NCBI GenBank assembly: GCA_963800175.1
Contig: CAWCZS010000002.1
Span: forward strand, 2,305,695 to 2,369,694
DNA: 64,000 nt
Direction of reading: 5' to 3'
Source: Candidatus Dormiibacterota bacterium
Lineage (GTDB): Bacteria; Chloroflexota; Dormibacteria; Aeolococcales; Aeolococcaceae
Notes under the pieces: generated by a model
The model's database searches: none
Told to the model about the DNA's origin: nothing
Seen by the model: the letters and a program-made list of their open reading frames with translations, nothing else
Shown here: positions 1 to 9,828 of the stretch, in pieces
How positions within the stretch are numbered: position 1 is the first letter of the stretch
Layout of the letters: each line of letters starts with the position of its first letter
Program-made: the position numbers and the translations under genes

Positions 1-1034
1 TTCTCGACCTCGATGCGTCGCCGGCGGCTGAGGGGCAGCCGGCGCTTCTCGACCGGCATCGCGACCTCCTCGATGCTGAACTGCGGAAAACGGCGCCCCG
101 CACCAAGGGGCTGCTGCGGCAGATGTCCGCCTACCACCTCGGCTACACGGACGCCCAGGGACACCCCGCGCACGATCCGGCCGGCAAGCGGATCAGGCCG
201 GCGCTGACGCTCTGGTCGTGCGAGGCGATCGGTGGTGACCCTGCATGGGCGGTCCCAGCCGCAGTCGCGGTGGAGTTGATCCACAACTTCACGCTCATTC
301 ACGACGACATCCAGGACGGCGACCAGCTCCGCCGCCACCGTCCGACCGTGTGGACGATCTGGGGCATCGAGCAGGGCATCAACGCCGGCGACGGGATGTT
401 CGCCAATGCGCTCACCGGGTTGCTGGCACCGGGGCCGCGGCCTGGACGGCGGATGCGCGCCGCGCATCTGCTCAGCGCGGCCGTCGTCCAGGTCGTGGAG
501 GGCCAGTGCCTCGACCTCTCGCTGGAGGGCCGCGCAGGAGCGGCACAGGCCACCTACTTGCGCCTGGTCACGATGAAGACGGGCGCGCTCCTCGGCGCGG
601 CAATGGCTGCCGGTGCGGTGCTGGCGGGTGCGCCGAGAACAGTGGCGCAACGGTTCGACGCTGCCGGCAGGCTGCTCGGGCTCGCCTTTCAAGTGCGCGA
701 CGACTGGCTCGGCACGTGGGGCGACCCACAGCTCACCGGCAAGGGCCGGAGCGGCGACCTTCGCCGGCGCAAGCTCACGTACCCGGTGGTCGCCGCCTAC
801 GAGGTGGCGACACCGAACCGGCGCCGGGAGCTCCGGCGCCTTTTCCACGAGCGCGAGCCGGGTGGCGAGTTCCGCCTGCGCGCATTGCTCGAGGAACTTG
901 GTGGACCAGCACTCACCGCCGGGGTGCCGATGGTGCTGGCGCGCGACGCCATCGCCGCGCTCACGGGGCTGCCCGACGAGGCGATCACCGACTTCGCGGA
1001 TCTGGCGATCCATGTCGCTGAACGCAACCGCTAG
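1..1034 (+). CDS. trans-polyprenyl diphosphate synthase (FPP/GGPP synthase family), probably 5'-partial at window edge
   Basis: ORF 123..1034 has both Asp-rich motifs (LIHDDIQDGD; FQVRDDWLGTWGD). The same frame stays open back to nt 3 with family-like sequence (LLDRHRDLLDAELRK..LLRQMSAYHLGY), so the true start may lie at or before the edge. Confidence 0.85.
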   Translation, partial: LDLDASPAAEGQPALLDRHRDLLDAELRKTAPRTKGLLRQMSAYHLGYTDAQGHPAHDPAGKRIRPALTLWSCEAIGGDPAWAVPAAVAVELIHNFTLIHDDIQDGDQLRRHRPTVWTIWGIEQGINAGDGMFANALTGLLAPGPRPGRRMRAAHLLSAAVVQVVEGQCLDLSLEGRAGAAQATYLRLVTMKTGALLGAAMAAGAVLAGAPRTVAQRFDAAGRLLGLAFQVRDDWLGTWGDPQLTGKGRSGDLRRRKLTYPVVAAYEVATPNRRRELRRLFHEREPGGEFRLRALLEELGGPALTAGVPMVLARDAIAALTGLPDEAITDFADLAIHVAERNR

Positions 1035-2097
1035 CTCGAGCAGCGACGCGAAACCCGGAGCCCGCACGGCCTCGCGCAAGGACGAGCACCTGCGCATCAA
1101 CATCGATGAGGACGTCGCCGCCAAGGGCATAGAAACCGGTTTCGACGACTGGCGTTTCGTGCACCGCGCGCTCCCGGAGATCGACCTCGACGACGTCGTG
1201 CTGCGTGCGAACCTGCTCGGCCATTCCGTCGGCGCCCCGCTCCTCGTCTCCTGCATGACCGGAGGCACCGAACAAGCGCAGGTCATCAACGAGCGGCTTG
1301 CACGTGTCGCGCAGGCGCACGGGCTCGCGATGGGTCTTGGGTCGTGCCGCGTGCTCCTCGAGCAGCCCGATGTGCTGCCGACATTCGACATGAGAAAACT
1401 CGCACCAGACGTGCCGTTGCTCGCCAATCTCGGTGCCGTGCAACTGAATCTCGGAGTCGGCGTCGACCAGTGCCGCCACCTGCTCCACGCGCTCCGCGCA
1501 GACGCGCTGGTCCTGCATCTGAACCCTTTGCAGGAAGCGCTGCAGACGGCCGGCAACACCGGCTTCTCCGGCCTGCTCGCGCGAATCGCCTCCGTGTGCG
1601 CCGGACTCGGCGCGCCGGTGATCGTCAAGGAAGTCGGCTGGGGCATCGCCGATGACCTCGTGACTCGCCTCTTCGAGGCCGGCGTTGCGGCAGTCGATGT
1701 CGCCGGCGCCGGTGGGACGTCCTGGAGCGAGGTCGAACGGCATCGCATGCATGACTCGGCGCGGGCGCGCGTCGCAGCAGCGTTCGCGGGCTGGGGCATC
1801 CCCACGGCCGACGCGCTGATCGGCGCGCGAAGCGCTGCACCGAGTGGTGTCCTGATCGCGAGCGGCGGGATTCGTGACGGCATTGACGTCGCAAAGGCGC
1901 TGACGCTCGGCGCCGATTCGGTTGGCATTGCGGGGCCATTCGTGCGCGCCGCAGCCGCAGGTGACGACGCGCTCGAGGAGACGGTGAGCGTGATCCTCGA
2001 GGAACTCCGTCTCGCGATGTTCTGCGTCGGCGCCGTCAGAGTGTTCGACCTCAGAAGCGACGCCCAACTCGTGCGCCGCGACGGACGGGCCCTCTGA
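1012..2097 (+). CDS. fni: isopentenyl-diphosphate delta-isomerase, type 2 (FMN-dependent)
   Basis: Last 362 codons of ORF 613..2097: RKDEHLRINI, LLVSCMTGG, VIVKEVGWGI, AAVDVAGAGGTSWSEVE. ATG 1012 overlaps the upstream gene end. Confidence 0.9.
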   Translation: MSLNATASSSSDAKPGARTASRKDEHLRINIDEDVAAKGIETGFDDWRFVHRALPEIDLDDVVLRANLLGHSVGAPLLVSCMTGGTEQAQVINERLARVAQAHGLAMGLGSCRVLLEQPDVLPTFDMRKLAPDVPLLANLGAVQLNLGVGVDQCRHLLHALRADALVLHLNPLQEALQTAGNTGFSGLLARIASVCAGLGAPVIVKEVGWGIADDLVTRLFEAGVAAVDVAGAGGTSWSEVERHRMHDSARARVAAAFAGWGIPTADALIGARSAAPSGVLIASGGIRDGIDVAKALTLGADSVGIAGPFVRAAAAGDDALEETVSVILEELRLAMFCVGAVRVFDLRSDAQLVRRDGRAL

Positions 2098-2886
2098 TGC
2101 CACAGGGAGCGCTGTCGCTCGAGGCGGCCGACGCGTACTGCCGCGAACTCGTTCGCCATTACGAGAATTTCACGGTTGCCTCTCGCCTCTCACCGCGCTC
2201 CCTCCGCCGCGACCTGACTCGCGTCTACGCGTTCTGCAGGTACACGGACGACCTCGGCGATGAAAGCGGCGATCGTGCGGTGGCGATGCGTCGCCTGCGT
2301 CGCTGGCGCGACGAGACTCGCGAAAGCTTCGAGCACGACGAGCGCACCCATCCGGTCCTGCTCGCGCTCACGGACACCGTGCACCGTTACGGGCTCGAGG
2401 AACAACCCTTCATCGACCTGATCGACGCCAACATCCAGGACCAGCGCATCGACACGTACGAGAACTGGCCCGCGCTCCGTCAGTACTGCATGCTCTCAGC
2501 CGCGCCCGTTGGCCGAATCGTGCTGCGCTTGTTCGACATTACGCGACCAGGCAGCAGTACCCCTCAGCGACGACGTCTGCATCGGCCTCCAACTCGCCAA
2601 CTTCGCCCAGGACGTCTCAGTCGACAAAAAACTCGGCCGCACATATCTATTGCAGAGCGACATCCGCAACCGCGGAACCGACCTGGCAACTCGCTCCATG
2701 TGCGAGCGCGCACGCGGGTTACTCGAGTCAGGCGTGGCACTAGAAGCGATGGCCCCGCCCCGCCTTCGCGTGCAACTAGCCCTATACCGCCTAGGCGGCA
2801 TCGCCATCCTCGACGCAATAGCCTCGGCCGGCTACCGCACGACGACGACCGCCCAAAGGTCGACCGCGGAATGCGCGTGCGCATAG
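2097..2886 (+). pseudogene. hpnC: hydroxysqualene synthase HpnC, reading frame broken near 2540 (possible assembly indel)
   Basis: N-half is in the frame of ORF 2097 (RHYENFTVASRL, FCRYTDDLGDE, PVGRIVLRLFDI). C-half is in the frame of ORF 2509..2886 (RDQAAVPLSDDVCIGLQLANFAQDVSVDKKLGRTYLL). Removing one nt near 2540 joins them. Confidence 0.8.
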
Positions 2887-2944
2887 TCGGCGAGGCGCTG
2901 GCAACCGTGACAAGCGTACGGCGGCAAGACGCGACGCGCACCAG

Positions 2945-3061
2945 GGTCGAGGGGGGAGACGGACGATCAGCGAATTTGGGAGCGAGCGAGGAGCGCGAAA
3001 ATCTGTTTGCGCGACGAGCGAGCGGACAAGCTGAGCACATCGTCCGTCTCCCCCCTCGACC
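2945..3061. repeat. 117-bp nested-palindrome repeat, copy A
   Basis: Perfect 23-bp terminal inverted arms GGTCGAGGGGGGAGACGGACGAT / ATCGTCCGTCTCCCCCCTCGACC. They flank a core (CAGCGAATTTG..TTTGCGCGACGAGCGAG..CAAGCTGAGCAC) shared with copies at 19877, 60246 and 60521. Confidence 0.85.
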
Positions 3062-3102
3062 CGCACCACAGAGCGCCGCTAAGGTGCCGGCGGGAGATCA
3101 CA

Positions 3103-3966
3103 ATGCTTGACACGCCGAGTGTCCCCGATGTGCGCGCGCTGGAGCGCTACTGTGAGGATATGGCGCGCCGCGAGGCCGCGAATTTCTACTGGGGCTTCAT
3201 CGCGCTCCCAAGACGCCAGCGCACCGCCATCTACGCGCTGTACGACTTCGCGCGCCAGGTCGACGATGATGCCGATCTTGATGGTCGCGCATCGCGCGAC
3301 GACCGTCTCGAGCATCATCGCCGCCGTCTTCGGGAGACGCGCCCGGGCGACAGTACGGATCCAGTGATGGGACTGCTGGCAATCGCGATGCGCCGGTACG
3401 CGATTCCGCTCGCCGAGCTTGACATGCTCATCGACGGCGTCGCGATGGACCTCACCACAACCCGATATCAGACGTGGGACGAGCTGCAGGCATACGCAAA
3501 CCTCGTCGCGTCCGTCGTGGGCAGGATGTGCGTGCGCATCTTCGGGTTTCGAGACGCCATCGCCCTCGAGCGAGCCGATGAGCTCGGCGTTGCGCTCCAG
3601 CTCATCAATATCCTGCGTGACGTCCAGGAGGACGCCGCGCGCGGCCGCATCTACCTGCCGATGGAAGAGCTCGCGGCGTATGGCATCACGGAGCGCCAGA
3701 TCCTCGAAGGCGAGGTGGCTCCAGGATGGAACGCGTTCATGGCCATGCAGATCGCACGCGCCCGCGAGTTGCACGCGTCCGGCATCCGCGTGACCGAGTC
3801 CATCCCCAGGCAGCCCGCGGTGTGCGTGCGCACGATGGCCGGAATCTACCTCGGCATTCTCGACCGCATCGAAGCCGCACCTGTGTTGCCCCTGCGCGGG
3901 CGGGCGCGCCTTTCCACTGCGGCAAAGCTGAGCGTGATGGCGCGCTCATGGCTGGCGGCGGTATGA
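3103..3966 (+). CDS. hpnD: presqualene diphosphate synthase HpnD (squalene/phytoene synthase family)
   Basis: ANFYWGFIALPRRQRTAIYALYDFARQVDDDAD and LQLINILRDVQEDAARGRIYLP motifs. ATG at 3103 inside ORF 3007..3966. Sits between hpnC and hpnE. Confidence 0.88.
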   Translation: MLDTPSVPDVRALERYCEDMARREAANFYWGFIALPRRQRTAIYALYDFARQVDDDADLDGRASRDDRLEHHRRRLRETRPGDSTDPVMGLLAIAMRRYAIPLAELDMLIDGVAMDLTTTRYQTWDELQAYANLVASVVGRMCVRIFGFRDAIALERADELGVALQLINILRDVQEDAARGRIYLPMEELAAYGITERQILEGEVAPGWNAFMAMQIARARELHASGIRVTESIPRQPAVCVRTMAGIYLGILDRIEAAPVLPLRGRARLSTAAKLSVMARSWLAAV

Positions 3967-5297
3967 CACGCCAGCCGCGCGTTGCCGTCGTTGGCGCCGG
4001 GCTCGCGGGTCTCACCGCCGGAATCGCGCTCGCGAAACGCGGCTGGCGTGTCGACCTGTATGAGCGTTCGAGACTGCTCGGGGGCAAGGCGACGTCGTTC
4101 GAGGTTGACGGACACGAGGTCGATTGCGGTCAGCACGTGCTCCTCGCGTGCTGCACGGCGACGCTCGAACTGATCGAGGAGCTCGGGCTCCTTGATTCGC
4201 TGTACATCCAGCCGCGCTTCGAGGTCACTGTGCTGTCCCGCAGCCGGCCTCCCGCACATCTGCGCGCGTCCGACCTGCCGGCGCCGCTCCACCTCATGGC
4301 GGGCTTCGCGCGTTACCCGCACCTGACAACGCTTGACCGCATCCAGATAGGGCGCGCGCTCGTCGCCGCGCGAACCGATCGGAAACCGACCGGCGACATG
4401 GCCGCGTGGCTGCGCCGCCACCATCAGAGTGCTCGTGCATTGCGCGCGTTCTGGGACCCGTTTCTCGTCCCCGCACTCAATGCGCCACTCCACCGCGTCT
4501 CGGCGGAGATGGGCGTGTTCACCATTCGGACAGCATTTCTCGGCGATCGCGACGCGGCGCGTATCGCGTATCTGAAGGTCCCGCTTGCGCGTCTCGCCGA
4601 AGCCGCGGCCGCGCGTCTCGACGGCGTCCACCTTCGTCAGGCGGTGGTGGGCGTGCATCGTGACGGCAACCGCGTCACCGGCGTGAAATTGAGTGGCGGC
4701 GCCGGCGCGGCGTGCGATGCGTGCGTGATCGCCGTCCCGCCAAGCCGGCTTCGCGCGATGTTCGACGATGAGCCGGCGCTCGGTGTCGGCGAACTCGAGG
4801 CGTTCGAGCCGATGCCGATTGTCGACGTGCATCTCTGGTACGACCGGCCGGTCCTCGGCTGCGACTTCGCGGCGCTGCTCAACTCACCCGTGCAGTGGGT
4901 CTTCGAGAAATCGCCGGGTTACGTGTGCTGCAGCATGAGCGCCGCCGACGAGTACGTCCAGCGCCCGGAGCAGGACTTGGTGGAGCTCTGCCGCACCTCG
5001 CTCGCGTCTGTGCTACCCCAGGCAGGGCGCGCGCAACTGTTGCGTGGCGCCGCGACGCGAGACCCCGACGCCACCTTCATTCCGGCGGCCGGTGTGCGTC
5101 GCCCCGGCCCCACAACGGGATTCTCCAACCTCGTGATCGCCGGCGCATGGACCGATACCGGCTGGCCCGCGACAATCGAGTCCGCAGTCAGGAGCGGACG
5201 CACCGCCGCACTGACGCTGTACAGCGGCGCCGCGGGATGGACATCCGTTAGCGCAACGGCGGACGGACCGAGACTGGAGGTCGCAGGTGCCGTCTGA
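3963..5297 (+). CDS. hpnE: hydroxysqualene dehydroxylase HpnE (FAD-dependent amine-oxidase-like)
   Basis: ATG 3963 forms an ATGA overlap with the hpnD stop. Dinucleotide-binding VAVVGAGLAGLTAGIALAKRG..LYERSRLLGGKA. Phytoene-desaturase-like length. Operon context. Confidence 0.85.
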   Translation: MTRQPRVAVVGAGLAGLTAGIALAKRGWRVDLYERSRLLGGKATSFEVDGHEVDCGQHVLLACCTATLELIEELGLLDSLYIQPRFEVTVLSRSRPPAHLRASDLPAPLHLMAGFARYPHLTTLDRIQIGRALVAARTDRKPTGDMAAWLRRHHQSARALRAFWDPFLVPALNAPLHRVSAEMGVFTIRTAFLGDRDAARIAYLKVPLARLAEAAAARLDGVHLRQAVVGVHRDGNRVTGVKLSGGAGAACDACVIAVPPSRLRAMFDDEPALGVGELEAFEPMPIVDVHLWYDRPVLGCDFAALLNSPVQWVFEKSPGYVCCSMSAADEYVQRPEQDLVELCRTSLASVLPQAGRAQLLRGAATRDPDATFIPAAGVRRPGPTTGFSNLVIAGAWTDTGWPATIESAVRSGRTAALTLYSGAAGWTSVSATADGPRLEVAGAV

Positions 5298-7161
5298 CGC
5301 GCTTCGCTCCGCGGTCGACTGGCTGCTCGACCACCAGGACGCCGCTGGTTGGTGGAGCGGTGAGCTCGAAACCAACGTGACGATGACCGCGGAGCACGTG
5401 CTCCTGCTTCGTTTTCTCGGCGTCTCGCACGACGACATTCGCGATGGAGCGATCCGCCACATTCTCGGCGGGCAGCGCGACGACGGGTCGTGGGCTCTGT
5501 ATCACGATGGGCCAGGCGATCTGAGCACGACCATCGAGGCGTACGTCGCGCTGCGAGTGCTCGGCGTCGAGGCGACGCAGCCGGCAATGCGCCGGGCACT
5601 GCGCATGATTCTCGACCAGGGCGAACTCGTTGAAGCACGCGTCTTCACGAAGATCTGGCTCGCGCTGTTCGGCGTGTACCCGTGGGACGGCGTGCCGAGC
5701 ATGCCGCCGGAATTGGTGCGCCTCCCGTCGTGGGCGCCGCTCAACCTCTACGACTTCGCGTGCTGGGCACGGGGAACCGTCGCGCCGCTGCTCATCGTGA
5801 TCTCGCATCGCCCGGTGCGCGACCTCGGAGTCAACGTCAGCGAAGTGATCGTGCCCACGAGCCGGCACCGCATGCATCACGTCGCCGGGTCGGGCGTGTT
5901 CCTCCAGCTCGACAAGATGCTGAAGCTGTATGAACGCCTGCCGCGCCAACCAGGACGCGCGGCATCGCGCGCGCAACTCGTCAAGTGGATCACCGATCGG
6001 CAGGAGGCCGACGGTGGGTGGGGCGGGATTCAGCCGCCGTGGGTGTATTCACTCATCGCGCTGCACCTCGAAGGAATGTCGCTCGACCACCCGGTGATCC
6101 GTCGCGGTCTCGACGGGTTCCGGCGGTTCTCCATCGACGACGGGCACGGCTGGCGTCTCCAGGCCTGCATGTCGCCCGTGTGGGATACGGCGTGGGCGAT
6201 GCTCGCGCTCCGCAAAGCGGGTGTGCCCCGCGAGCACGCGTCATTGCGACGCGCCGTGGACTGGCTGATCAGTGAGCAGATCTCTGGTGGTGGCGATTGG
6301 CAGGTCAAGGTGCCGCTCGAGCGCGGCGGCGGATGGGCCTTCGAGTTCGACAACGACATCTATCCCGACGTGGACGACACCGCGGTGGTGGTGCTCGCAC
6401 TCCTCGAGTCGGGCGATCCCGAGCGCGTGGCGCAGCCGGTCGCCGAAGCCGTCCGCTGGTGCAGAGCGATGCGCTCGCGCAACGGCGCATGGGCCGCGTT
6501 CGACAAGGACAACACGCGCGCCCTCGTGTACAAGCTGCCGTTCGCTGATTTCGGCGCGATGCTCGATCCGCCGTCCGAGGACGTCACCGCGCACGTGATC
6601 GAGATGCTCGCGGCCGTGGGCTGCACCGCGGATGATGTCGACATTCCGCACGCGCTGGCATACCTCCGCGAAACGCAGCGCCCCTGGGGATCGTGGTACG
6701 GCCGCTGGGGCGTCAATCACATCTACGGCACGTGGTGCGTGGTCAGCGCACTTGTCGCCCTCCGCGTCGGTGCCGACATGGTTCGCCACGCCGCCGAGTG
6801 GATGCTCCGCGTGCAGAACCCCGATGGTGGCTGGGGTGAGTCGTGTCACTCATACGTGGACGAGTCGTTCGCGGGTGTCGGCACCAGCACCCCGTCGCAG
6901 ACCGCCTGGGCGATGCTGACGCTGCAACTTGCCGGTCTCGGTGACGATCCGGCGTGCGCGAGCGGCAGAGCGTTCCTGCTCGATCGTCAGCACGACGGCA
7001 CGTGGGATGAGCCCGAGCACACGGGCACCGGTTTTCCCGGTGACTTCTACATCAACTATCACTTGTACCGACACGTTTTTCCAACCCTGGCGCTCGCCGG
7101 TGGGGAGACCACCGCGAATGGCGCGCCCGCACGCGAGCGTGAGCTCGTCGCCCACAGATAG
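5287..7161 (+). CDS. shc: squalene-hopene cyclase
   Basis: Catalytic DxDDTA (YPDVDDTAVVVLAL). Repeated QW-type motifs (DGGWGGIQ, RNGAWAAF, PDGGWGES, HDGTWDE). 624 aa. Confidence 0.93.
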   Translation: MPSDALRSAVDWLLDHQDAAGWWSGELETNVTMTAEHVLLLRFLGVSHDDIRDGAIRHILGGQRDDGSWALYHDGPGDLSTTIEAYVALRVLGVEATQPAMRRALRMILDQGELVEARVFTKIWLALFGVYPWDGVPSMPPELVRLPSWAPLNLYDFACWARGTVAPLLIVISHRPVRDLGVNVSEVIVPTSRHRMHHVAGSGVFLQLDKMLKLYERLPRQPGRAASRAQLVKWITDRQEADGGWGGIQPPWVYSLIALHLEGMSLDHPVIRRGLDGFRRFSIDDGHGWRLQACMSPVWDTAWAMLALRKAGVPREHASLRRAVDWLISEQISGGGDWQVKVPLERGGGWAFEFDNDIYPDVDDTAVVVLALLESGDPERVAQPVAEAVRWCRAMRSRNGAWAAFDKDNTRALVYKLPFADFGAMLDPPSEDVTAHVIEMLAAVGCTADDVDIPHALAYLRETQRPWGSWYGRWGVNHIYGTWCVVSALVALRVGADMVRHAAEWMLRVQNPDGGWGESCHSYVDESFAGVGTSTPSQTAWAMLTLQLAGLGDDPACASGRAFLLDRQHDGTWDEPEHTGTGFPGDFYINYHLYRHVFPTLALAGGETTANGAPARERELVAHR

Positions 7162-7186
7162 AACCGAGAGCACGGAGGAGACAGCC

Positions 7187-8224
7187 ATGGCGGTGCCACT
7201 GCGACAGGCGATGAAAGTCGGGAGCTACGTGGCGCGGCAACGCCTGCGCCGCAACGAGAAGTTCGCGCTGGTGCTTCAGCTCGAACCGCTGTATCAGTGC
7301 AACCTCGCATGCGCCGGCTGCGGGAAGATCCAGCACGAGGACGCCATCCTCCAGCGGCGTCTCACCGTGCAGCAGTGCATCGACGCGGTCGAGGAATGCG
7401 GGGCGCCGATGGTCTCCATCGCGGGCGGCGAACCGCTCGTGCACAAGGAAATCGACCAGATCGTCGCGGCACTCGTTGCTCGCAAGCGCTACGTGTATCT
7501 CTGCACGAACGCGCTCCTGCTCGAGAAGAAGCTGCACCTCTTCACACCGTCGCCGTACTTCTCGTTCTCCATTCACATCGATGGGCTGCGCGAGCGCCAC
7601 GATGAGTCGGTTTGCCGTACCGGCGTCTTCGACAAGGCGATCGCCGCCATCGCGGCTGCCAAGGCGCGCGGTTTCCGGGTCACCACGAACACGACGTTCT
7701 TCGACCAGGACGACGCCCGTTCGATCCGCGACGTGCTCGATTTCCTCAACGACGAGGTGCAGGTCGACAGCATGCAGATCTCGCCCGGCTACGCATACGA
7801 GAAAGCGCCCGACCAGGACCACTGGCTCAACGTGGAGCGCACACATGCGATCTTCCGCGACGCGTTCGCCGACGGGCGGCGCAAGAAGTGGCGGCTCAAC
7901 CACTCCCCGCTCTTCCTCGATTTCCTCGAGGGCAAGATTGACTTCAGTTGCACCGCGTGGGGAATCCCGAGCTACTCGGTGCTCGGATGGCAGCGTCCCT
8001 GCTACCTCATGTCGGACGGGTACGCGACGTCATATCGCGAACTGCTCGAGACGACAGAATGGGAGAAGTACGGCCGTGGCCGCGACGAGCGGTGCGGGAA
8101 CTGCATGGCCCACTGCGGCTACGAGCCGACTGCGGTCGTCGCGACATCCGCGTCGTTGCGCGAGTCGCTGCGCGCGGCGAGTGACAGCCTGCGGCCCCGC
8201 GGAACCAAGCCACACCTGAACTGA
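7187..8224 (+). CDS. hpnH: adenosylhopane synthase HpnH (radical SAM)
   Basis: CNLACAGCGK radical-SAM cluster motif. C-terminal CGNCMAHCGYE. GGAGGAG SD upstream of ATG 7187. Confidence 0.9.
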   Translation: MAVPLRQAMKVGSYVARQRLRRNEKFALVLQLEPLYQCNLACAGCGKIQHEDAILQRRLTVQQCIDAVEECGAPMVSIAGGEPLVHKEIDQIVAALVARKRYVYLCTNALLLEKKLHLFTPSPYFSFSIHIDGLRERHDESVCRTGVFDKAIAAIAAAKARGFRVTTNTTFFDQDDARSIRDVLDFLNDEVQVDSMQISPGYAYEKAPDQDHWLNVERTHAIFRDAFADGRRKKWRLNHSPLFLDFLEGKIDFSCTAWGIPSYSVLGWQRPCYLMSDGYATSYRELLETTEWEKYGRGRDERCGNCMAHCGYEPTAVVATSASLRESLRAASDSLRPRGTKPHLN

Positions 8225-8225
8225 C

Positions 8226-9221
8226 GTGAATGCCGCGCAGGCACGGCCCGGCGATGGGGAGGTCTTTCTCACCGGCGCCTCGGGGTTCGTGGGATCACAC
8301 GTGCTCGCGGCGCTGCTCGCGGCCGGCTACCACGTCCGCGCGCTGGTGCGGGACCGTGGGATGCGCCGCACGGTGTCACTGCCGTCACCGGTGATCTGCG
8401 CGAACCGGGAGCGTTGATTCCGGCGATGCGGGGATGCACTTCGCTCATCCACGTCGCCGCGCTGTACTCGTTCGCGCCGCGAGATCGCCAGGCCATTGCA
8501 GCCGTCAATGTCCTCGGAACCTCCGGCATCCTCGAAGCGGCACGCGCCGCGGGCATCCAGCGGTGCGTCGTGACATCGAGTTCCGCGGCGCTTCCGCCTG
8601 CATCGATGTCGCGCCCCGCGACCGAGGATGACTGGGCGAGCGCGGACCACGCCGCGTGGTCGTATCACGCATCAAAGCTCGCGGCCGAACGCGCTGCATT
8701 CAGCGTGCAGATTCCGGTTGTCACCGTGCTCCCCACCGCACCCATCGGGCCCGGCGATCGGGCGGCCGACACCGACCGGCAAGATCATCGTCGACCTGCT
8801 TCGCGGGCGCATCCCGGCGACCCTCGGCGGCGGCATGAACATCGTGCCGGTCGAGGATGTCGCTTCGGCGCACGTTCAGGCGCTCGAACGCGGGCGGGCG
8901 GGCGAGCGCTACATCGCGGGCGGGGTGAACCTCACGCTTGCGGAGTTCTGGCGGCTCATCGCGCGTGCGGCCGGACGGCCGGAGCGGACATACCGGCTGC
9001 CATATGCGATCGCGGCTGCGGCGGCCCGCGTGGACTCCGCACGCGTGCGGATCACCGGTGGGGTGCCCGTGGTCCCCCTCGAAGGCGTTCGAATGGGCCG
9101 GCTCGACATGTACTCGTCGAGCGCGAAGGCGGCGGCGGAGCTCGGCTATGCGCCGTCGAGCGTGTTCAACGCGATCGAACGCGCAGTGCGCTGGTATCGG
9201 GAGAACGGGTATGCCGCCTGA
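8226..9221 (+). pseudogene. hpnA: hopanoid-associated NAD-dependent sugar epimerase HpnA, two frame breaks (~8355, ~8762)
   Basis: The protein signal occupies three frames. First FLTGASGFVGSHV..VRALVRD. Then WDAPHGVTAVTGDLREPGAL..LIHVAALYSF..SYHASK..PIGPGD. Then RPTPTGKIIVDLLRG..VPVEDVASAHV..RWYRENGYAA. Confidence 0.8.
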
Positions 9222-9828
9222 CACGCAGGTTGTCGCGGTGTGCGCCATGGGCGTGGAGGCGTGGGGCGTCCGGCGCCGAGCGCGCGACGTCCGGGTCGTT
9301 CTGGTTGGGATCGGCGGCAGACCGCGGACGGCGCTTCCTGGAATCGTGATCAGCGCCGGCCTCTGTGGCGGACTGCTGCCCGGCCAGATGCCTGGGACCG
9401 TCGTCATTCCGACTGAGGTGATGGACGAGCGCGGCAAGATCCACACCTGCGACCCAGGTGTCGTCGCAGCCCTCGGGCAGGCCGCACGATACCTGCGGTA
9501 TCCCGTCGCCGGGGGATCGCTCATCTCGACGTCGGCCATGGTCACCGGCTCGGGCCGCGAAGCCTTGGCAAGCCGTGGTCACGTCGCGGTGGACATGGAA
9601 TCCGCAGCGGTGGCGGAATCGGCAACACGATTTGGCGTCCTTCGGGTGATCCTCGACACGCCCACGCGCGAGCTCTCCGACGCGTGGGCGGCGCCGGCGC
9701 GCGCCATCCGGCAACCGTCGAACTGGGGTGAGGCGCTGTGGCTCGGGGTCAACACGCCGCGCTATGCGCTCCGCGTCGGGGCGGTGCTAGAGGCGGCCTT
9801 CCTCGGCAATATCGACCCCGAGATATAG
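9211..9828 (+). CDS. hpnG: hopanoid-associated nucleosidase/phosphorylase (HpnG-like, PNP/MTAN fold)
   Basis: VVLVGIGG, VISAGLCGGL and HVAVDMESAAVAE are typical of the PNP_UDP_1 fold. ATG 9211 overlaps the hpnA stop. Assignment to hpnG rests on operon context. Confidence 0.7.
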   Translation: MPPDTQVVAVCAMGVEAWGVRRRARDVRVVLVGIGGRPRTALPGIVISAGLCGGLLPGQMPGTVVIPTEVMDERGKIHTCDPGVVAALGQAARYLRYPVAGGSLISTSAMVTGSGREALASRGHVAVDMESAAVAESATRFGVLRVILDTPTRELSDAWAAPARAIRQPSNWGEALWLGVNTPRYALRVGAVLEAAFLGNIDPEI

